Virus record (IMG/VR): IMGVR_UViG_3300031912_000029
Coordinates: 1-42,166 of that record
DNA length: 42,166 nt
Reading direction: 5' to 3' (one strand)
Source of the DNA: a virus
Lineage: Duplodnaviria; Caudoviricetes
Below the pieces are notes generated by a model, which was not told the DNA's origin, did not search any database, and saw only the letters and a program-made list of their open reading frames with translations. This document shows positions 17,883 to 25,953 of the stretch, in pieces (positions within the stretch are counted from its first letter, which is position 1; each line of letters opens with the position of its first letter). Position numbers and translations under genes: made by a program.

Positions 17883-18143
17883 TCAGTGGATAGTGGTTGG
17901 CCCCTCGAGCTCGTCGAACATGGCCTCGAGGAAGTCGGACTGGGCTCGGCGGTGGATCGCCAGGATGTGGTAAGTGCATTCGTGGCGGATGGCTCGTCGC
18001 GCATGGCTGTAGCATTCACGGCGATGGCCAGGGTTGGTCAGGGCGTAGAGGCGACGAACGACCTCGATCGGACGCGCGAGGGGGTCGATGTCGAGCTTTA
18101 GGTAGACGCTGGTGAGGGCTCTCACTGCTTGCAACTTTTCCAT
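17883..18143 (-). CDS. hypothetical protein
   Basis: AGGAG SD before MEKLQ. Confidence 0.5.
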   Translation of the reverse strand: MEKLQAVRALTSVYLKLDIDPLARPIEVVRRLYALTNPGHRRECYSHARRAIRHECTYHILAIHRRAQSDFLEAMFDELEGPTTIH

Positions 18144-18195
18144 GGTAGGCTCCTGGTGGCTATGGTGATGAGGAGGCGATGGTAACAGTGCTGGG

Positions 18196-18420
18196 TCATC
18201 GTGGGCCTCCCTTGAAGATGGCATTGCGCTCGATGTTCCAGAGGTCAACGACGACCTGTTGGCACTCTAGCCAGTCGGATTGGTTCTGCCACACTAGCTC
18301 GGAGAGATGGGAGCCGTGTGGGACTTTGGTCTTGATCTCCTCTAGAATGCGGAGGGTGGTATTGATAACCCGCTCGACACTATTGTCGAGGATGTATTGG
18401 TCACGGATTCCGTCTTGCAT
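18196..18420 (-). CDS. hypothetical protein
   Basis: AAGGAG SD. Confidence 0.55.
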   Translation of the reverse strand: MQDGIRDQYILDNSVERVINTTLRILEEIKTKVPHGSHLSELVWQNQSDWLECQQVVVDLWNIERNAIFKGGPR

Positions 18421-18463
18421 GATCAGGCTCCTTGTTGGATAGAGTCGCCGGTAGGCGACTCTA

Positions 18464-18946
18464 TTAGATTAGGCCCATCTCTTTGAGCCAGGCCTCTTCG
18501 TTACCGGGCTTTGCGAGTTCTTTCATCTTGCGTTTGCGAGCTCGCACCTCATCGGCCTCTTCCATCCGCTTCATGGCTGGGCCGTAGCCGGCCATCTTGA
18601 AGATGTCGGACTGGGTTGGTGCCCCGGGGAGGCCGATGGTTGGAAGGCTGAGGGCTTTGCGGCGGTCGAGGAACTGGGTGATGAGGGTGTCAAAGGTAGC
18701 TGCGGCTTGGCGAGCTCCTTGATAGAAGGGGCCCTTAGGCATTGCCATTAAGAGCTGGTGGATGTTGCCTATTGGGAAGTGGACTGTGTGACCCTTGAGA
18801 TTGCCGGGTAGAGGTGGGAATGCGAGGTATACGTCGTCACCCGCGATCCACATCGAGGCGGCATGAGCCGGGACTGGATAGGGCGGCTCGGAGATGGGGA
18901 CTGGTTTGGTGTGGTTTGGCCGCTTATGGCTTGTGTGTTGAGTCAT
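18464..18946 (-). CDS. hypothetical protein
   Basis: Likely start MTQHTS after GGAG. Confidence 0.6.
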   Translation of the reverse strand: MTQHTSHKRPNHTKPVPISEPPYPVPAHAASMWIAGDDVYLAFPPLPGNLKGHTVHFPIGNIHQLLMAMPKGPFYQGARQAAATFDTLITQFLDRRKALSLPTIGLPGAPTQSDIFKMAGYGPAMKRMEEADEVRARKRKMKELAKPGNEEAWLKEMGLI

Positions 18947-19099
18947 GGCGGTTAGGACTCCATGGTAGGGCTGGATTGCGTTCCGGCCCATGGGCCCATT
19001 GTGCGCCCGGAATGGGGCGGACATATGACCTAATATGTATATACATAATCTAGTTAGGCGGCTAAACAACCGTAGGATGCCTGGGGGTTGTGACTGCCC

Positions 19100-19309
19100 C
19101 TATGGTGTGGCAGCTGCTAGGTGCCAGCCCGTGGACCAGGCCCAATGTTGGTCGGGCTGTTTGCGGGGGCTGTATGGGTTGAACTCAGCGGGGAGGCCCT
19201 CGTGGTATGCGCCGTAGCCCTCATTCCATGGACCTACGTAGCGTCGCCAGTCAGGGCATAGTGCGCCCTGACCTAGCTCTCGTATGATGTGGGTGGCATT
19301 GCGCCTCAT
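19100..19309 (-). CDS. Rmf/CrpP-like small protein
   Basis: EGYGAYHEG....NPY.......WAWSTGW motif. Confidence 0.6.
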   Translation of the reverse strand: MRRNATHIIRELGQGALCPDWRRYVGPWNEGYGAYHEGLPAEFNPYSPRKQPDQHWAWSTGWHLAAATP

Positions 19310-19452
19310 TTGCGCTTGCCCTTGGCTTTGTAGCTTCGGCCCGCTTTGCTCATTGCGATGGCGACGGCTTGCTTCTGGGGTTTGCCCGCGTGCATCTCGG
19401 TGCGGATGTTGGATGATACGGTTTTGTCGCTCTTACCTGACTTGAGGGGCAT
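19306..19452 (-). CDS. 48 aa basic protein (DUF6496-like)
   Basis: Manual translation MPLKSGKSDKTVSSNIRTEMHAGKPQKQAVAIAMSKAGRSYKAKGKRK; AGGAG SD. Confidence 0.75.
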   Translation of the reverse strand: MPLKSGKSDKTVSSNIRTEMHAGKPQKQAVAIAMSKAGRSYKAKGKRK

Positions 19453-19463
19453 TGAGGTTTCTC

Positions 19464-19886
19464 CTATGGTTGGGCCCTGAAGTGTTCAGGGTTAGACACT
19501 TGGAGCTCTTGTAGCATGGCTTCGCCGCGAGCCTCTTGGTCCGCGTTGCCTGATAGCATGAGCTCGTTGATGAGGTCGAGCTTCTCCTCGAGGGTTGTGG
19601 GCTCTCGCATTGGGGCTGGATCGTTGAGGCTGTGACGGCGATTGCGTAGGCGTATGTTGCGGCGGGCAAAGCGTTTGTAGTAGGACTCGCGGAATAGGAG
19701 CTTGTTAGCTGGTGGCGTTGGGCGAGTGGCGATGTCACGGACCTCGTTAAGTAGGCGGATGTAGTCGCCGGATTGGGACGCGCGGATGCAGGCTTTGAGG
19801 AGGGCGATGTTGGTTTGCTCGAGGGCTCGATGGTTGGCGAGCCCTTCCTCAATGACCTCGATCATGGATTCTTGGCTGATGGACAT
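19464..19886 (-). CDS. hypothetical helical protein
   Basis: AAGGAG SD; basic central segment. Confidence 0.65.
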   Translation of the reverse strand: MSISQESMIEVIEEGLANHRALEQTNIALLKACIRASQSGDYIRLLNEVRDIATRPTPPANKLLFRESYYKRFARRNIRLRNRRHSLNDPAPMREPTTLEEKLDLINELMLSGNADQEARGEAMLQELQVSNPEHFRAQP

Positions 19887-19903
19887 GGCGGGCGCAGCTC
19901 CTT

Positions 19904-20243
19904 GGTGCGTTGGGCGGTGCGTTGAAGGGGTATGTTAGGACGGTGCGCTGGATGGTGCAATGAAATTTGGCGTATGGTTGGCGCGGACGGCCCCTATGGT
20001 GGGCCGAGTCTCGTCTTAATGTCTAGTATTATGTAATATATATATATATTATATCTAATTAAAAAAGGAGTGCATTAATTTAGACCTGGGGCGAAAATTC
20101 TGCGCTCAAAGCTGGCGCGCACGATCGAACTGGACCCACAGTTTGGAAACCAAATGGTGTGTCGGACTCATGCACATCACTGGGCAATACACGTCCTAAT
20201 ACACCAGCTTAACGCACCGGCTTAACGCACCGGCTCAATGCAC
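19904..20243. other. putative replication origin: AT-rich core flanked by inverted GGTGCGTT repeats
   Basis: AT-rich 20016-20082 with 18 bp palindrome; mirror-placed repeats centred at ~20067. Confidence 0.55.
20127..20168. repeat. dispersed palindromic element copy 2
   Basis: CCCACAGTTTGG-AAA-CCAAATGGTGTG. Confidence 0.8.
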
Positions 20244-20314
20244 ATGCAGCTGCAGCTGCAGCTATAAGGGCCAGCCCTACATTAGGGCTGGCCCTTAGCC
20301 GGCTAACAATCAAG

Positions 20315-20346
20315 TAAAAGGGAAGGGACTCGGTTTCCCGAGTCCC
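20315..20346 (-). terminator. intrinsic terminator
   Basis: GGGACTCGG stem with 4 nt loop followed by TTCCCTTTT on minus strand, just after stop at 20356. Confidence 0.7.
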
Positions 20347-20355
20347 CTTGTTGGT

Positions 20356-20961
20356 TTAGGCCGCTTCGTCTTCGTCCGAAGTTTCGGGCTCGATCCCCAT
20401 TTCGCGGAGTTCGGCAATTTCCCGCCTCGCCATTTCGAGGAACTTTGGCTTAGCATTGACCAAGGCATTGAGCTTTGAAGTGAGGCTCTTGCCCTTAGGA
20501 ACGGGCTCCCCGTTCTTTTCGCATTGAGCAATGAGGAAGACCTTCGCCTTATCCCTTGCCATGCGGAAATCGAGGGGTATACGCGGACCCGTATCACGGA
20601 GTCCCAATGTCCCCGTTTGTGCCTTTCGCCACCGTTCGTCGGCCGCCTCGTTGCAAAGCCGGTTTTGTTCGGACTCGTCTTTGCCTTCCGCCACCGCTTT
20701 GGCTTTGACGTTTGCGTATGAGTCCTGTTGACTTTGCTTCATGCCGTAGCCGAACTCATAGACGAAGAACTTCTCAAATTCCTCGCCGCCTTCGTTGAGC
20801 CCGTTCCGGATTGCGTCCAACGTGATAGAGTTGTCACCGAAACGGAAAGTCTTCGAGTCCTCATCATATGAGAACGTATTGAGTGCTACGATCGGAACGA
20901 CCGTAGGAGTATCGGTTTGGTCCGCTTGGACCTGCACCGCAACCTTTGCCCTTTTGGGCAT
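20356..20961 (-). CDS. monocistronic helical phage protein
   Basis: 201 aa ORF with AAGGTG SD, own promoter and terminator. Confidence 0.8.
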   Translation of the reverse strand: MPKRAKVAVQVQADQTDTPTVVPIVALNTFSYDEDSKTFRFGDNSITLDAIRNGLNEGGEEFEKFFVYEFGYGMKQSQQDSYANVKAKAVAEGKDESEQNRLCNEAADERWRKAQTGTLGLRDTGPRIPLDFRMARDKAKVFLIAQCEKNGEPVPKGKSLTSKLNALVNAKPKFLEMARREIAELREMGIEPETSDEDEAA

Positions 20962-21016
20962 GGCGCTTCACCTTTGGCTTTATGGGCGGGAACCATTTCC
21001 CGTTTCCCATGATCAT

Positions 21017-21045
21017 AAGATAGTGAAGCGAGTCCGATATTGCAA
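21017..21045 (-). promoter_or_regulatory. sigma70-type promoter
   Basis: TTGCAA-N17-TATCTT with AT-rich upstream. Confidence 0.6.
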
Positions 21046-21112
21046 GCTTTATTTTACAGGCTTAAGCACACTAGCGTGCGACGGATTGTCGCACGCGCCT
21101 ATGACTGCACGA

Positions 21113-21269
21113 TAGCCAGCTAACGATTGCTACCTGCAACAAAGTGTTGCAGTCTGCAACAGCGGCGCGCGCACTTAGTTAGCTGGCTAACGATGGGTCC
21201 CCTTTGGGTCCTACTTTAGCCAGCTAAGAAGCCGGGGCTCGGGCCCTAAGGAGTTCCTTAGCCGGCAAA
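21113..21269. repeat. cluster of TTAGCCRGCTAA palindromes
   Basis: Copies at 21113, 21179, 21216, 21258. Confidence 0.75.
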
Positions 21270-21381
21270 CTTTCGGCCCAACTCCTCAGGTATAATTTTA
21301 GGAATTCTGGACCCACCTTTGGCCACCTTCCCGCCGCCAGCCCCCTTGACAAGTCCCGGCGCGCGTGCCCACATACCTCGT

Positions 21382-21990
21382 ATGCCTACCGACGCCTCAA
21401 CCATTGCCAACCTCCTCCGCGCCCGCCCGGGCAGGCCCGCGCGCGACATCCTCCAGCTGCGCGTCATCCGCGAGCTCACCTCTGAGGATGTAGCCGCCCC
21501 TCAGCTGCCGGCTCCGCAGCGGGTACGCCCTTTGGGCGAGCTCAAGCACGCTCATCACCAACTGGCGCGCCTTATGGCCGAGGAGACCGATCACTACACC
21601 GCCTCGGCCATCACAGGCTACTCCTCCTCTACCATCTGGCGCCTGCAGCAGGACCCGATGTTCCAGGAGCTTGTGGAGCACTACCGGGAGCACATAGACG
21701 GCCAACACCTGGAGGCCCACCAACGCCTAGCCCACACAGGCATGTTAGCCCTCGAGGAGATCCAACGTAGGCTCCTGGAGGAGCCTGACAGGCATTCAAA
21801 TAAGGACCTACGGGACATAGCCGAACTTACGTTCGACCGTTCCATAGCTCCTAGCAAAGGCGCACCGCGAGGTATGGCTCCTCCCGGCGGCGCGCCTCAG
21901 GGGGTCCAACTGGTGGTACAGTTCGTCGAGCCTAAGGCGCGTGCGGACGCTACAGTCATCGACGTCACCCCAGTTAAGGACCCCGTCTGA
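21382..21990 (+). CDS. putative terminase small subunit-like HTH protein
   Basis: HTH-like HHQLARLMA...ITGYSSSTIWRLQQDPMFQELV, helical middle, C-terminal VIDVTP; first gene of the rightward arm; TTGACA at 21346. Confidence 0.55.
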   Translation: MPTDASTIANLLRARPGRPARDILQLRVIRELTSEDVAAPQLPAPQRVRPLGELKHAHHQLARLMAEETDHYTASAITGYSSSTIWRLQQDPMFQELVEHYREHIDGQHLEAHQRLAHTGMLALEEIQRRLLEEPDRHSNKDLRDIAELTFDRSIAPSKGAPRGMAPPGGAPQGVQLVVQFVEPKARADATVIDVTPVKDPV

Positions 21991-22310
21991 TGGCCAGGTT
22001 GCTACTAGGTTTGGCGCTTTTCCTCTGTAGCAACCTGGCCGCTTTTTCCCATGATCTCTGGATCAACGGCGAGCCGGTCCCGGCGTGGATCAAGAACTCC
22101 TGTTGTGGGCCCGCAGACGCGCACCACCTCCTCAGCTCTCAGGTCCATGCTCTGCGCGACGGCTGGCATATTGATGGCTATCCTTTTACTCTTAGCTATG
22201 GTCGCGAGTTGCCATCGCAAGACGGCGACTTCTGGGTCTTCTACGCCACACTCGAGGCCGGCGGCGTCAGCCCCGTGTACTGCTTTTTCGCTCCGGTGCA
22301 GACCTGGTAG
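21990..22310 (+). CDS. small secreted Cys-containing protein
   Basis: Signal peptide MARLLLGLALFLCSNLAAFS; SCCG...VYCFFAP. Confidence 0.7.
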   Translation: MARLLLGLALFLCSNLAAFSHDLWINGEPVPAWIKNSCCGPADAHHLLSSQVHALRDGWHIDGYPFTLSYGRELPSQDGDFWVFYATLEAGGVSPVYCFFAPVQTW

Positions 22311-22319
22311 GTAGCTAAG

Positions 22320-22793
22320 ATGTCGTACTTTGCCAACATTCTAGCTATCCACCTCGCCCTCGCCCCCGTTCCTCCGAGCAAACCCAGCCCCGGGCCCCAA
22401 AATCTGCCCTTACTGCGCTTTTTAGCCCAACTTCCTGCCTCAGATCTCCAGGAAAGAGCTTATCAAGCGTCTAAGAGCTGGAATTTGCGCGCAAATAACT
22501 GCTGGATGGGCCTAATCGGCCTAAAACAGCAGCCCAGACCGACCGAAACTGAGCTAATTACGGCGTGTGGACCGTACTCGAGGCGCGGAACCGCCTCACA
22601 GATCATGTCTTACATCACCCAGGAGGGGCACTATGATCTTCAGCAAACTCTTACAGGCAGCTCTAGCGTTCGCCATCCTACTGCTCAACTTCCTCCAAGA
22701 AGTAAACTGGTTGGAGCGCTTCCCCAGTCTCGTCGCAGCCATCACCATGGTGCTGTCAGGCATTCTGCTGGTCGTGGCGCTGGTCGAACATAA
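22320..22793 (+). CDS. hypothetical protein (3' end overlaps holin candidate)
   Basis: ORF fills gap; C-terminal part may be read-through overlap. Confidence 0.45.
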   Translation: MSYFANILAIHLALAPVPPSKPSPGPQNLPLLRFLAQLPASDLQERAYQASKSWNLRANNCWMGLIGLKQQPRPTETELITACGPYSRRGTASQIMSYITQEGHYDLQQTLTGSSSVRHPTAQLPPRSKLVGALPQSRRSHHHGAVRHSAGRGAGRT

Positions 22794-22812
22794 TCGGGCC
22801 AAGCCCAAGTGA
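22633..22812 (+). CDS. holin candidate (2 TM)
   Basis: AGGAGG SD, two TM helices, basic C-terminus, upstream of endolysin. Confidence 0.55.
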   Translation: MIFSKLLQAALAFAILLLNFLQEVNWLERFPSLVAAITMVLSGILLVVALVEHNRAKPK

Positions 22813-23039
22813 GAGCTCTGGGGGCGCTCCTAGCTTGTGTAGTTATCCTGCACGGTCCAGATGGATCGAGGCTGCTCATTCAATCCAGGCATCTCATCGG
22901 CGTGCGCGAGGTTACTCACGACCACGTAGCTAAGGGCTCCCACGCCGTGGTCTATACCACTGACGAGAATTGGGCCGTAACTGAGACTGGCAAGGAGGTA
23001 GCTGAGAAGCTCGAGCACTGCCGCAAGCTAGACCCATGA
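22809..23039 (+). CDS. hypothetical protein
   Basis: GTGA/ATGA overlaps at both ends. Confidence 0.55.
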   Translation: MRALGALLACVVILHGPDGSRLLIQSRHLIGVREVTHDHVAKGSHAVVYTTDENWAVTETGKEVAEKLEHCRKLDP

Positions 23040-23533
23040 GCCACAAAGTTGCATTCAAGCTCGAAGGAGTGCTCAAGCTCATAACTGAGACTGAGCAGTT
23101 AGGCTACGCCTTAGTAACACTGCACTTTCCCAACGGCACTATCGTAACAGCAAGAGGTGATCCCATGGCCTATACCTTGCCTGACGGCTACCAGGTTGAA
23201 GTAGCTATCGCCTATGTGGACGCGGGCGGAAATCCAGCCACAGTGGACGGCAACGTCACCTGGAGCTCCAGCGACCCCACGATCCTTACCGTCACCGCCG
23301 ATACCACTGTGGCCCAGCAGATGCAGGCTATCGTTGCGGCGACTGGGGCCCTCGGTAATGCCCAGGTCCAGGCTAGCGCCGATGCAGACCTCGGCTCTGG
23401 GATCACTACCCTCAACACCTTGATGGATGTGACTGTGGTTGCGGGGCAGGCCGTCAGCGGCACGATCCAGCCGGTGGGGGCGGCCGAGCCCATCCCCCCG
23501 GCGCGGGCGGGCTCCAAGAGCTCGAAAAAGTAA
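23036..23533 (+). CDS. Ig-like (Big_2-type) domain protein; alternative start 23165
   Basis: VTWSSSDPTILTV...G.AQVQA motif. Confidence 0.65.
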   Translation: MSHKVAFKLEGVLKLITETEQLGYALVTLHFPNGTIVTARGDPMAYTLPDGYQVEVAIAYVDAGGNPATVDGNVTWSSSDPTILTVTADTTVAQQMQAIVAATGALGNAQVQASADADLGSGITTLNTLMDVTVVAGQAVSGTIQPVGAAEPIPPARAGSKSSKK

Positions 23534-23647
23534 GCTGGCCACCCGCGTGGCACGGCGTCGAACACCTCATCAGATGGCTCGGTGTTGGACCTGTGCCCTT
23601 CAAGCCCGCGAGTCGGATTACTCCTTTCTGGGCTCGAGGAGGTAGGA

Positions 23648-24106
23648 ATGAACATCTCTGAGGCTGGGGGCAACGTGCTGATTGAGCGGGAAGGCATGCG
23701 CCTCGAAGCCTACCAGGACAGTGTGGGGGTCTGGACTATCGGCGTTGGTCACACTGCCGCAGCCGGACCCCCTGAGCCCAAACCCGGCATGACCATCAGC
23801 GAGGAGGAGGCTGAAACCATCTTCATCCAGGACCTCACCGAGTTCGAGGAGGCTGTCAATGACCTCGTCAAGATGCCCATGCGCCAACACCAGTACGACG
23901 CGTTCGTCTCCATCTGCTTTAACATCGGCCAGGGCGCTTTCGCGGACAGCACTTTCCTCGAGCGCTTCAACCAGGGCGATGTGCCTGGATGCGCCGAGGC
24001 CATCCTTATGTGGGATCAACCACCTGAGATCATTCCGCGCCGCCAGGGTGAGTATGTGCAATTCCTGGGTTACATCGCTCGCATCGAAACCATAGTGGTT
24101 GCCTAA
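23648..24106 (+). CDS. endolysin, GH24 phage lysozyme
   Basis: EGMRLEAYQDSVGVWTIGVGHT catalytic E-D-T; QYDAFVSICFNIG; RR..E. Confidence 0.93.
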   Translation: MNISEAGGNVLIEREGMRLEAYQDSVGVWTIGVGHTAAAGPPEPKPGMTISEEEAETIFIQDLTEFEEAVNDLVKMPMRQHQYDAFVSICFNIGQGAFADSTFLERFNQGDVPGCAEAILMWDQPPEIIPRRQGEYVQFLGYIARIETIVVA

Positions 24107-24133
24107 AGATGTCGTGACAATGGAGGCGGCTCA

Positions 24134-24622
24134 ATGCGCAGAGCTCTATTGGCAACAGTCACAGTTCTAGCCCTAGCTTACGCCAACCCCGTGCTGGCCG
24201 AGCACGGCGACGGCCGTGAGGGGGGCCATGACCACGGAGCTGGCCATGAGGGCCATGAGGGCCATGAGCACGGAGGCGGAGGCGGGAAGGGCCATGAGCA
24301 TGAGGGACACGAGCATGGCCCTGATCACGGACACGACCACGGAAAGCCGCCTGGTGGAGGGGGTAAGCCCCCAGGAGGTGGCGGCGGGGTGCCTCCGAGC
24401 GGCGGGAAGCCTCCGGGCGGAGGCAAGCCGCCTGGCAGCGGAGGGACGCCGCCGGGAGGCTCTGTCCCTCCGGGAAGCGGCACGCCTCCTGGAGGCGGCA
24501 GCCCGCCAAGCGGTGGAACCCCACCCAGCGGCGGATCACCCCCATCAGCGCCGAGTTCTAGCTCGTCTACTCCGGCGAGTGGCAATGGGGATCATGACTG
24601 CCAAAACCGCCTGAGGTGCTAA
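24134..24622 (+). CDS. secreted His-rich and Pro/Gly-repeat protein
   Basis: Signal peptide, HEG repeats, PPGGG repeats, GGAGG SD. Confidence 0.75.
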   Translation: MRRALLATVTVLALAYANPVLAEHGDGREGGHDHGAGHEGHEGHEHGGGGGKGHEHEGHEHGPDHGHDHGKPPGGGGKPPGGGGGVPPSGGKPPGGGKPPGSGGTPPGGSVPPGSGTPPGGGSPPSGGTPPSGGSPPSAPSSSSSTPASGNGDHDCQNRLRC

Positions 24623-24911
24623 GATGTCGTGCCTAAGTCCCCAGTTCATAGCTAACATCATAGTCCTGATCGCCATTGTGGCCATCATCCGACTGGGTTG
24701 TTTGAGGCTGCGGTGATAGATCGGCGCGAATATAATCGCGAGTACAGGCGGAAGCACCGAGCCAAGGACCCTTGGAAGCGTAACCACTCGGTCGAAGGGA
24801 CGAGGTATGTGCCACCAGAGGTATGGCTGGAACGGGATTACGCCCTCAATCAGCCTAGAAGCTTGACCGCGGAGCTACTAGGGGATCCCTTGCCAGGAAG
24901 GAGCGCACTGG

Positions 24912-25385
24912 ATGCACAGAGTGATCAAGGAGCTAGCCTGGGCAGCACACTCCAAGAGGCCCCCAGGACTGCCTTTCGGCCGTTGTCGAGGAACCGCCGC
25001 AATAGGCCTGCGCTATGAACGCAAGGTTGCGGCTCAATTTCCCAGCGCCATCCATGGACAGTGGTGGAACTTCTGCGATGCAGCCGGCCTCGGATACTGC
25101 CAGACCGACGTTGTGCTGCTATTGTTCGGCCATCTCATTATACTCGAATGCAAGCTTACGGATTGCCTGTCAGGCCGTGCCCAGCTCGCTGAGCTTTACG
25201 TGCCCGTGGTGTCTAAAGCGCTGGCGCGGCCAGCTCATGGTATCATTGTCGCCAGGAATGCGGCTGCAGACAGCGATCCCAGACTCGTTGTTGGCACTAT
25301 GGCGGAAGCACTACGGCTCACCTGCGCCAAAGGAGTTATACCGACGCTCCAGTGGCTCGGCAAAGCGCGCCTGCCCCAGTCTTGA
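24912..25385 (+). CDS. PD-(D/E)XK-type nuclease
   Basis: YE...QTDVV...ILECK...QL..LY. Confidence 0.65.
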   Translation: MHRVIKELAWAAHSKRPPGLPFGRCRGTAAIGLRYERKVAAQFPSAIHGQWWNFCDAAGLGYCQTDVVLLLFGHLIILECKLTDCLSGRAQLAELYVPVVSKALARPAHGIIVARNAAADSDPRLVVGTMAEALRLTCAKGVIPTLQWLGKARLPQS

Positions 25386-25476
25386 GCACACCTTGTCGCT
25401 GCCCTCCCCGCAGGGGCTTGATAAGTCAACACCCCCGTGAGATCCTAGCTGCACCCTCAACCAAGGAGTACGTTCA

Positions 25477-25938
25477 ATGCCAGGCTTCAGCACTGACGGC
25501 ATGCCTACTGTCCCTGTGGGCTACACTTTCACCGGCGCAGAGCTCGTCGCCGTAGACACCGGTCTCGGCCAGGGCATTAACCCCGCCACTTTCGCCTGCA
25601 GCCTTGCCCAGCTGGGTTTTGGCTCTATGCAGACGGTTGTGCCGCTCACTGGCTTCAGCATCACAGTCACAGCCCCAACCAACATCCTGCAGCTGACGCC
25701 GGCTGGCACGCTCGCCACAGGCACCATCGTGTTCCCCAGCAACGCGGTGAATGGTCAGACTCTGAGGATCATGAGCACGCAGATAGTCACCGCGCTGACC
25801 CTTACGCCAGGCCAGAACCCTGTGGGCGGCGTCATGACGAACCAGACGATCAACTCCTCTGCCTCGGCCCTCGCCGCCAACACGGCTCTGGAGTGGCAGT
25901 ACCAAGCCTCCAATAATACCTGGTACAGGATTCAGTAA
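25477..25938 (+). CDS. beta-rich virion fibre/adaptor-like protein, no signal peptide
   Basis: PAGTLATGTIVFPSNAVNGQ...WQY...TWYR; AAGGAG SD. Confidence 0.6.
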   Translation: MPGFSTDGMPTVPVGYTFTGAELVAVDTGLGQGINPATFACSLAQLGFGSMQTVVPLTGFSITVTAPTNILQLTPAGTLATGTIVFPSNAVNGQTLRIMSTQIVTALTLTPGQNPVGGVMTNQTINSSASALAANTALEWQYQASNNTWYRIQ

Positions 25939-25953
25939 CCTGGGAGGGGTGCC

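Noticed and set aside
21113-21269. Mini CRISPR array
   Set aside because: Repeats are only 12 bp, irregularly spaced and in mixed orientation.
19887-21380. tRNA or other structured RNA gene
   Set aside because: No cloverleaf or T-loop motif recognised; hairpins at 20265-20297 and 20323-20346 fit terminator-like structures.
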